From an uncultured delta proteobacterium (lineage in GTDB: Bacteria > Myxococcota_A > Polyangia > Haliangiales > Haliangiaceae): 64,000 nucleotides of DNA. Below are positions 56,187-64,000 of the stretch, one piece after another (the first letter of the stretch is position 1; each line of letters starts with the position of its first letter). A program made the translations under genes and the position numbers. The stretch is from assembly GCA_963848295.1 (NCBI GenBank), contig CAWKDB010000002.1:160001-224000 (forward strand), written 5' to 3'. Below the pieces are notes generated by a model. The model saw nothing but the letters and a program-made list of their open reading frames with translations. It did not search any database and was not told where the DNA came from.

Positions 56187-57209
56187 TCAGTCCGTGAGCG
56201 GCAAGATCACCAGGCTGCCGGCTGCGTACTCGACCCAGAACAGGCACGTCGGGGTGACGACGATATCGATCGGGTTACCGCGCCCCGAGGCGATCGTCGC
56301 CGGCGCGCCGCCGTCGAGCCCGACTGACATGACCGAGCCATCGTCGGTCTCGATGCCGGAGTTTGTCCAATACACGTTGCCCGCATCGACCGCGATGCCG
56401 CTCGGATGGTTCTGACCGGTCGCGAGGGCGACGAGGCCGCGCCCGTCGAGCCCCACCTTCATCACCGAGTTGATCGGAGATGTCGCGGCCGGCTGCTCGA
56501 GCTCGATGCTGTTGGTCCAGTACAAGCTCGTCGCGTCGATCGCGAGGCTTCCCGGCCCCGGCTGTCCGGTCGCGAGCGCGACGGGCTCCCCGCCATTGCT
56601 GCTCACCTTCATCACCGCGCCGTCGCCGGTATCCGTGACCGAGTCGGTCCAATATACGCTACCGTTCGCGACGACCAGGTTGCGCGGCTCTAGTCCCGAG
56701 GCCAGCACCTGTGGGGTGCCGCCGGCGATCGCGACCTTCATGATCGTGCCGTCGCCTGGGGCGCCGTAGATCGGTGTGCCGACGTTGGTCCAATAAACGC
56801 TGTCTGCATCGACCGCGAGGCTCTGTGGGCTGTCCTGATTGGACGCGAGCGTGACCGGCGCTCCACCGGCCAACGGCATCTTCATGATCGAGCCGTTGCG
56901 CGAGAACATGTCCGTCCAGTACACGTTGTTTGCATCGACGGCGATGCCCTGCGGTTGTAGCTGGTGACTGGTCAAGACCGAGGGATCCTCTGCCTGCAAC
57001 CCCGACTTGCCGACGGTGCCGACTAGGACGCTTCCGTCGTTGTCGATCACGGCACCCTGCGTGACCCAGTAGATACTGTCCGCGTCGACCGCGAGTCCGA
57101 CCGGACCATCAAGGCCTGAAATCATTCGAAAGTCACCCGCGGGAATTGCGTCGTTGTTACATCCAGGTGCAAGGAGCAAGGCGATAACGGCGGTCAGAAA
57201 GCGCTTCAT
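56187..57209 (-). CDS. Beta-propeller repeat lipoprotein (P..IAVD...VYWT repeats)
   Basis: Lipobox APGC; about 7 repeats of LA.GQ..P..IAVD...VYWTN. Confidence 0.8.
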   Translation of the reverse strand: MKRFLTAVIALLLAPGCNNDAIPAGDFRMISGLDGPVGLAVDADSIYWVTQGAVIDNDGSVLVGTVGKSGLQAEDPSVLTSHQLQPQGIAVDANNVYWTDMFSRNGSIMKMPLAGGAPVTLASNQDSPQSLAVDADSVYWTNVGTPIYGAPGDGTIMKVAIAGGTPQVLASGLEPRNLVVANGSVYWTDSVTDTGDGAVMKVSSNGGEPVALATGQPGPGSLAIDATSLYWTNSIELEQPAATSPINSVMKVGLDGRGLVALATGQNHPSGIAVDAGNVYWTNSGIETDDGSVMSVGLDGGAPATIASGRGNPIDIVVTPTCLFWVEYAAGSLVILPLTD

Positions 57210-60200
57210 GTCAGGCAAGACGACATCCGCCGACGCGAGTCGCGCGCTGTCTTCGATCGCCGATTGCCCCGATGCGAACGCGCTGGGCCGGCTCGTCGAT
57301 GGGGCGATCGACGACAGGGAACGGCGCGAGCTCGAGGGTCATCTCGATCGCTGCGACGCCTGCGCGCAGTTGATCACGGAGCTCGCGCTCGGTGCGCCGC
57401 GTTCGGTCGAGCTCGACGCAACGCGACCGACATCACGGCTACGCGGCACGGCGAGCGCGCTCGAAGCCGGCGCCACCGTTAGCCGCTTCACACTACTCGA
57501 GCCGCTCGGCGCCGGCGGCATGGGCGTCGTATGGGCCGCCTATGACCCACACCTCGATCGCAAGATCGCGCTGAAGTTCGTGCGCGCCGACCTCGCGCAG
57601 CCGGAGATGCTCGCGCGCCTCGAGCGCGAGGCGAAGGCGGTCGCTCGTGTCACCCACCCAAACGTCGTCGCGATTCACGACATCGGCGCCGACGATGACC
57701 GGATCTACTTCGCACAGGAGTTCGTGCGCGGCTGTGACCTCGGCGCGTGGCTCGCCGCGCGACCGCGCACTGTCGGCGAGATCCTCGAGATCTTCGTGCA
57801 AGCCGCGCGGGGCCTCGCCGCCGCTCACGCCGCGGGCATCGTTCATCGCGACTTCAAGCCGAGCAACGTGTTGGTCGGTGACGATGGCCGCGCTCGCGTG
57901 GTCGATTTCGGCGTCGCTCGCTCGGTCGAACAGCTCGAGCCGAACGCAACGCCATCGCCGACGACCGATCCGCGACTGACGGCGACCGGCGCCGCGGTCG
58001 GGACGCCGCTGTACATGTCGCCCGAGCAGTACCTCGCGGAGCCATCGGACGCGCGCAGCGATCAATTCAGCTTCTGCGTCTCGCTCGCCGAGGCGCTCTA
58101 CGGCGAGGTGCCGTTCATCGGCAAGACAGTCGCCGACTACGCGAGCGCGGTCATGCTCGGCAAGGTGCGGCCGCCGCCAAGCGGCTCGAAGGTTCCGGCA
58201 TGGCTCCGTGCGGCGATCGTTCGCGGGCTCAGTCGCGAGCGCGCGGACCGATTCCCGACGATGCAAGCGCTGATCGACGTGCTCGAGCACGATGACGCGC
58301 GAGGCGCGAAGCGACGCCGTCGGATCGTCGTCGGCGCGATCGCGGCGATCGCCGCAGGCTCGTTCGCGTTCGCGCTTGCGCGTCGTGATGGTGGGTCGCC
58401 CTGCGACGATGCGAGCGCGAAGCTAGCGGCGGTATGGAACCCGACCGTTGCCGCCGAGCTGCAGCGAGCGTTCACCGCGACGGGCCTGCCGGGTGCCGCG
58501 CAAGCCGCCGGACGTGCGCGCGCCGCGCTCGATCGCTACGGGCAGCAATGGGCCGCGATGCACACCGATACGTGCGAAGCGACTCGCATGCACGGCGAAC
58601 AGTCGGAGGATCTGATGGATCTCCGCATGACGTGCCTCGCGCAACGTCTGCAAGAGGTCAAGGCGATCGCCGACGTTCTCGTTCACCCTTCCGCGAGCGT
58701 CGTGCTCGATGTCGATCGGATCGCCGGCGGCGAGAGCTCGCTCGCGGTGTGCGCCGATGCCGCCGCGTTGCAGGCGGTCGTCCGGCCTCCGGCCGCGCCG
58801 GAGACTCGAGCGAAGGTCGACGAGCTGCGCGCGCGCCTCGCTCGGATCAAGGCCGCGGTGCTCGCCGGGAAGTACAAGGACACCCTCGCCGAGGCCGAAG
58901 CGACTGCCGACGCCGCCCGCGCGACTGGCTACGCGCCGGTCACGGCCGTCGCGTTGCGCGAGCTCGGCGGGCTCCAGGCGAGCCTGTCGAAATACGATCT
59001 GGCCACCGCGAACCTGCGCGCGGGCTACCTCGCCGCGTTAGGCGCGAACGATCGAGTCGAAGCCGCGGAGGCCGCGGCCGCGCTGATCGAGCACGTAGGC
59101 GTGAATCTGCAGAAGCGCGATGAAGGCGAGTGGTGGACGAAGGTCGCGCACGCCGAGCTCGAGGGCGTCGGCGAAGCAGGACACGATACCGCGGGCACGA
59201 TCGATTATCAGCAAGCCTGGTTGCTCCTGCATGCATCGCGGTTCGACGATGCGATCGCGGCCGCCGACCGCGCGGTCGAGATCTGGACCTCGACGCGCGG
59301 CGCCGACCACGTGTCGCTGTTTCGGCTGCAGGAGTTTCGCGCGATCGGGATCCGCGGCAAGGGCAAGATCGCCGATGCGCTGACCGCGTTCGGGACGCTG
59401 CTCGCGCGAGCGGAGAAGGCCCTCGGGCCAATTCATCCGGTCGTTGCCGACCTGCATACCGAGATCGGGAGCTCGTATTACTACCTGCAAGACCTCGACG
59501 CGGCGCTCGTCGAATACAGGCAAGCGCTCGCGATCAGCAAGCTGATCGACCCGGACGGCGCGGGGGTCGGTGGCTTGCACCAGAACATCGGCAACGCGCT
59601 CGCGGACCTGCATCAGTTGCCGCAGGCGGTCGTTGAATATCAGGCCGCGCTCGCGATCTACGAGAAGCTGCGCGGGCCCGAGAGTCCGAGCGCCGGCGAC
59701 ATTCACAACGACCTCGGGACGGTGCTGCAGAACCAGGGCAGGTATGCCGAGGCGCTCGTCGAATATCGCCGCGCACTCGCGATCTACGAGAAGGCGGTCG
59801 GACCCGACGCGCGCGAGGCCGGACGGATTCGCGCCAACGTCGCGGGCGCACTCCACGCGCTCGGCCAGAACGACGAGGCGTTGGTCGAGCTCCGTCGTGC
59901 GCAGGAGATCCTCACGAAGCTGCTCGGTCCGAGCAATCCGAGCGTCGCAGACCTGAGCGTGACGATAGCGGACATCCTGCACGCCCAACATCAGCTCCCC
60001 GCGGCGCTTGCCGAGCTCCAGCCAGCGCTCGCCGCGTTCGAGCAGGCGATCGGGCAGGACGCACCGTTCACCTCGCGGATCCGGATCACCATCGCGGTGA
60101 TCCAGCTCGAACGAAACCACGAAGTCACGAGCGCGCTCGTCGAGCTCGCTCGCGGCCTCGATGCGCTCGACAAGAGCGGGGCTCACGTCCTGCTGGCGGC

Positions 60201-60360
60201 GGAGCGGCTCGAGGCGGCTAAGGCGTTGCTCGCGCACGATCGGCCGCGCGCGCTCGCCCTCGCCGGGCAAGCCCGCGACTACTACGCCGCCCAACCGGAT
60301 CCGACCAGCAAGCAGAACGCCGCTGCGCTCGCCGGCTGGATCGCGGCGCACGCGCACTGA
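57208..60360 (+). CDS. Ser/Thr kinase with N-terminal zinc finger (HxxxCxxC), TM and TPR array; start uncertain
   Basis: HLDRCDAC, GAGGMGVV, HRDFKPSN, DFG, GTPLYMSPEQ, TPRs. Confidence 0.92.
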   Translation: MSGKTTSADASRALSSIADCPDANALGRLVDGAIDDRERRELEGHLDRCDACAQLITELALGAPRSVELDATRPTSRLRGTASALEAGATVSRFTLLEPLGAGGMGVVWAAYDPHLDRKIALKFVRADLAQPEMLARLEREAKAVARVTHPNVVAIHDIGADDDRIYFAQEFVRGCDLGAWLAARPRTVGEILEIFVQAARGLAAAHAAGIVHRDFKPSNVLVGDDGRARVVDFGVARSVEQLEPNATPSPTTDPRLTATGAAVGTPLYMSPEQYLAEPSDARSDQFSFCVSLAEALYGEVPFIGKTVADYASAVMLGKVRPPPSGSKVPAWLRAAIVRGLSRERADRFPTMQALIDVLEHDDARGAKRRRRIVVGAIAAIAAGSFAFALARRDGGSPCDDASAKLAAVWNPTVAAELQRAFTATGLPGAAQAAGRARAALDRYGQQWAAMHTDTCEATRMHGEQSEDLMDLRMTCLAQRLQEVKAIADVLVHPSASVVLDVDRIAGGESSLAVCADAAALQAVVRPPAAPETRAKVDELRARLARIKAAVLAGKYKDTLAEAEATADAARATGYAPVTAVALRELGGLQASLSKYDLATANLRAGYLAALGANDRVEAAEAAAALIEHVGVNLQKRDEGEWWTKVAHAELEGVGEAGHDTAGTIDYQQAWLLLHASRFDDAIAAADRAVEIWTSTRGADHVSLFRLQEFRAIGIRGKGKIADALTAFGTLLARAEKALGPIHPVVADLHTEIGSSYYYLQDLDAALVEYRQALAISKLIDPDGAGVGGLHQNIGNALADLHQLPQAVVEYQAALAIYEKLRGPESPSAGDIHNDLGTVLQNQGRYAEALVEYRRALAIYEKAVGPDAREAGRIRANVAGALHALGQNDEALVELRRAQEILTKLLGPSNPSVADLSVTIADILHAQHQLPAALAELQPALAAFEQAIGQDAPFTSRIRITIAVIQLERNHEVTSALVELARGLDALDKSGAHVLLAAERLEAAKALLAHDRPRALALAGQARDYYAAQPDPTSKQNAAALAGWIAAHAH

Positions 60361-60366
60361 GCGGGG

Positions 60367-61233
60367 TCACGATCGCGACGCGAGCAGCCGGCTGATCGAG
60401 AGGTCGAGGCGGCTGACCACGAGCCCGAACATCTCGTCGAGCTCGGCCGGCGTGATCGCGAGCTTCTTGGCCAATGCGTCGCGAGTCGTCGCCGCGAGCT
60501 GTTCCTTGGCCTTCGCGATTCGACGCGCGGCGGTCGCGCGATGGATCCCGAGGGTCGCCGCGAGGTCGTCGATCGTGAGGCCCGCTACGAGGTGCTGCCG
60601 CAGCAGGTGGCGATCACCAGGCGGCAGCCTGCTCGCGCCCTGCTCGATGGCCGCGCGCACCGCCGCTCGATACTCGAGCTTGATCAGCTCGAGCCCGAGG
60701 TCGGACGGATCCGGGACCGCCGCGACGCCGCTGTCGCCGCTCGGATGCTCGCGCGCGCGATCCTTGCGCTTGCCGAGATCGATGAACAGCCGCGTCGCGG
60801 TGACGCGCAACCAGCTATCGAGGTGGCCCTGCCCGGCGTACTCGTTGATCTTCGCCGCCGGCCCGACGTAGAGCTTCTCGGCCAGCAGCTGGCGCAGGTC
60901 GTCGATCGAGTGGGTCGGCGACGCAAACCGGCGGACGGCTGCACCGATCGTCGCGCGATGCGCCGCTTCGATCGCCGCGATCGCCGCCGGATCGGCGCGC
61001 CCCGCCGCGCGAGCCAGCGCGAGGTCGCCGGCGTGGCAGCGCTCGAGATGCGCGATCACTCCAGTGCCCGGGCAGTGGCTGGCGATCGCGGCGACCAGCT
61101 CGCGATCGTCGAACGCGAGCTCGGGGTGTGCAGCGTGCGCGTCAGCGCAGCATCGCTCGAGCCGTAAGCCGAGCTCGTCGGGAAGCGCATCGCCATTCCA
61201 CGCCGCAGCAAACGCGTCGACGAGCTCGCGCAT
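60367..61233 (-). CDS. ECF-like sigma factor, Myxococcales-type
   Basis: DLALARA, YAGQGHLDSWLRVTA, LLRQHLVAGLTIDDLAATLGIHRATAARRI. Confidence 0.8.
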   Translation of the reverse strand: MRELVDAFAAAWNGDALPDELGLRLERCCADAHAAHPELAFDDRELVAAIASHCPGTGVIAHLERCHAGDLALARAAGRADPAAIAAIEAAHRATIGAAVRRFASPTHSIDDLRQLLAEKLYVGPAAKINEYAGQGHLDSWLRVTATRLFIDLGKRKDRAREHPSGDSGVAAVPDPSDLGLELIKLEYRAAVRAAIEQGASRLPPGDRHLLRQHLVAGLTIDDLAATLGIHRATAARRIAKAKEQLAATTRDALAKKLAITPAELDEMFGLVVSRLDLSISRLLASRS

Positions 61234-61294
61234 CCGCGCGGAGCGTAACATGGCCCGTTCGCGTCATACGAACGGCGTGAACGGCACGGCGTGT

Positions 61295-61786
61295 TCAGCC
61301 GCCAGACTGCGCGGTCGCGGGCGCCGCCTTCACGTTCGAATCGACCTCGCTCCACAGATCGCGGAACTTCGCGTCCATCACCTGGGCGACCCACATGTTC
61401 GCGTCGTGCACCTCGGTGCCGTTGCGAAAGCCACGTGGCGTGGCATGGACCGTGATCTCCGCCCCGACCGCGTCGACGCTGATCACCCACGCGAGGCCGT
61501 CATCGACGACGTTGACGTAGCCGACCCCGCCGGTCGCAGACGACGACATCGGCGCCGGCGACGTCTTGATCACGCCGGTAGCGGGGTCTTGGACCGTCAC
61601 CTGATACCCGAGAGTCGTTAGCGCGGTCACGCACGCTTGCGTCACCCGTTCACGCGACTGGTTTTGAAAGTGGTGGGTGCCGCGATCGGCGAGCTGCGCC
61701 GCGGACAGCACCGTATAGTGCGGAAACAGGCATCCGCTCGCGAAGACCAAGAACGAGGCCACAAAGACAGGCAGGAGTTTGTTCAT
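61295..61786 (-). CDS. Hypothetical lipoprotein
   Basis: Signal with ASGC lipobox; ALTTLGYQV...GVIKT. Confidence 0.65.
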   Translation of the reverse strand: MNKLLPVFVASFLVFASGCLFPHYTVLSAAQLADRGTHHFQNQSRERVTQACVTALTTLGYQVTVQDPATGVIKTSPAPMSSSATGGVGYVNVVDDGLAWVISVDAVGAEITVHATPRGFRNGTEVHDANMWVAQVMDAKFRDLWSEVDSNVKAAPATAQSGG

Positions 61787-61844
61787 GCCTGCCAAGACGA
61801 GGGTCGCCGGCGCTTGTCGCGCGCGGCCGGCGATTTCGCGGACG

Positions 61845-62465
<621 letters not shown>

Positions 62466-62494
62466 GCGCCGCCACGCTACCAGAAGTCGCGAGG

Positions 62495-62992
62495 CTATTG
62501 GACGCGGCCGACCAGCGACATGACGAGCTCGGTCGCGCTGCGCTTCGCCGGTCCGCCGAGGTCCGCTTCGGTGACGTACTGCGATGCCGCGTGAACATCG
62601 AGCCGTTGGCTCTTCGAGCCGATGCGCGCTTCGATCTCGCTCTCGAGCACGGCGGCGAAGCCGTCGGTCAGCGACGGATCCTGCGACTTGACCCGCGGCG
62701 ATACGATGTCTTCGAGCATCGTCTTCATCCTGCGCTCGAACTGCGCGCGGAGATCGGTGAGCCGTTCATCGATCTCGAGCTCGAAGCTCTCGATCGAGAT
62801 CCGGCACACGACGACCAGCGCGCGCCCGTTCCACTTCGTCATGCGCGCGACGTCGCCTTCGATCAGGCCCTCGAGATACGTCACGCTCTTCGGCGAAAAC
62901 GTGAATGTCGTCGCGGCCCACGCACGCGTCGTCGGCTGGCCGATCACAGATGCCGCATACACAGGCCCCTGCGGAGAAAAACGTTCAGCCAT
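62495..62992 (-). CDS. Hypothetical protein
   Basis: ORF with coding-like codon usage between the pseudouridine synthase and BMC-T genes. Confidence 0.6.
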   Translation of the reverse strand: MAERFSPQGPVYAASVIGQPTTRAWAATTFTFSPKSVTYLEGLIEGDVARMTKWNGRALVVVCRISIESFELEIDERLTDLRAQFERRMKTMLEDIVSPRVKSQDPSLTDGFAAVLESEIEARIGSKSQRLDVHAASQYVTEADLGGPAKRSATELVMSLVGRVQ

Positions 62993-63154
62993 GAGGCAGG
63001 CTACACATGGTTCGCGGAACCGCAACGCCGCTGGCGCATGAACGAGTGTTAAGGCTGGCGAAACCGCGCGCGTTGACTTCCCGCTCCGCGATTTCTAGGA
63101 GCTTCACTGAGACGCCTCGCCGTTCAGTTAGTTTGTGGTCTCGCTGCGGTCGCG

Positions 63155-64000
63155 CTAACGCGCGCGTTTGCCGAAGCTACGGCCCTGGCCACGCGGGCGC
63201 TCGCCGCGCGACGGTTTGCGATCGGTCGAACCGGGACGCGCTCGCGGCGCGCGATCATCGGGTCGGCGCGGCGCGCGATCGTCGGCGCGACGCGGTGCTC
63301 GATCGTCGGGTCGGCGCGGTGCTCGATCGTCGGGTCGGCGTGGCGCTCGATCATCGGGTCGGCGCGGACGGCGTCCGTCCCGCGCATCGCGGCTCGCTCG
63401 GCGGTCGTCACGAGCGGGCGCGCGCTCCTCGCGGGGCGGGCGCGGTGGCGTCGGATTCGCGAGCTCTTCGGCTTCGTCGCGCGCCTTCTGGCGAGCGCGG
63501 CGCGGAATATCGGTGTGCTCGCGATCGGTGTGCCAGCGCCCGCGGGCGACCGCCGTGTGGTCCATGCCGACCGCGTCGCGCAACTCGTTGAGCTCGTCCT
63601 GGCTCAGCTCGCGCGCATCGCCGATCCGCAGGCCGTGAAACGTGAGGTTCGCGAACGCGACGCGCTGCAGCTTGTCGACCTGGTAGCCGAGCGCTTCGAT
63701 CATCCGGTGGATCTGGCGATGCTTGCCCTCGTGGATCGTGATCGCGAGCCACGTGTGCTTGCTCTCCGCCGGCAGCACTTCGATGTCGGCCGGTAACGTC
63801 GTCGTGCCGTCGTCGAGCCGCACCCCTTCGCGCAGCCGCGCGATGTGCCGCGGCCCGAGCTGGCCGTGGATCTTGACGTGATACGTCTTCGGCACGTGCG
63901 ACGCGGGCGCGAGCAGCTTGGCCGCGAGCTCGCCGTCGTTGGTCAGCAGCAGGACGCCTTCGCTGTAGAAGTCCAACCGGCCGACCGGCTTGACCGGCAC
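63155..64000 (-). CDS. rRNA pseudouridine synthase (RluB/RsuA family), 5' truncated, with charged repeat tail
   Basis: [35 protein letters not shown]. Confidence 0.92.
   Translation of the reverse strand: MPVKPVGRLDFYSEGVLLLTNDGELAAKLLAPASHVPKTYHVKIHGQLGPRHIARLREGVRLDDGTTTLPADIEVLPAESKHTWLAITIHEGKHRQIHRMIEALGYQVDKLQRVAFANLTFHGLRIGDARELSQDELNELRDAVGMDHTAVARGRWHTDREHTDIPRRARQKARDEAEELANPTPPRPPREERAPARDDRRASRDARDGRRPRRPDDRAPRRPDDRAPRRPDDRAPRRADDRAPRRPDDRAPRARPGSTDRKPSRGERPRGQGRSFGKRAR
63243..63362 (-). repeat. 24-bp coding tandem repeat x5 (RPDDRAPR)
   Basis: CCGACCCGATGATCGCGCGCCGCG-like units. Confidence 0.9.

Noticed and set aside
62993..63154. Possible ncRNA in the AT-richer intergenic gap
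   Set aside because: No convincing stems or known motif found by eye; likely promoter DNA.

Overview
High-GC bacterial chromosome segment with strongly myxobacterial content (Haliangium/Kofleriaceae-like, inferred from a Haliangium-type BMC-T shell gene, Ser/Thr kinase-TPR proteins and a Myxococcales-type ECF sigma factor). About 55 genes. Housekeeping genes: holB, PSP1/ricT-like, metG, tatD, rplC, rlmE, yciO/sua5-like, aroC, cca, holA, rlmD-like, scoAB, tldD/pmbA, rluB-like. Accessory envelope and signalling genes fill the rest. No rRNA, tRNA, CRISPR array or transposase was recognised. Main findings: (1) an ~75-84 bp palindromic element with compensatory base changes, present five times: three tandem in-frame copies at the 5' end of a vWA-FHA gene, one intergenic copy, and one inverted in-frame copy splitting the HolB zinc finger; (2) a DUF1287 / vWA-FHA / amidase-'WHxxxH' / Tat-micropeptide / beta-barrel cluster resembling a cell-wall-attacking effector module; (3) an intact operon of apparent pseudo-enzymes (ETF-alpha, ETF-beta, acyl-CoA ligase); (4) TANNNT boxes 6-8 nt before 17 start codons, suggesting widespread leaderless mRNAs; (5) a DUF4266-DUF3570 locus paired with a CX4CH lipoprotein. 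Region 19.5-23.2 kb has many +1 frameshifts that are most likely sequencing errors. All family assignments come from motif recognition by eye, not database searches.
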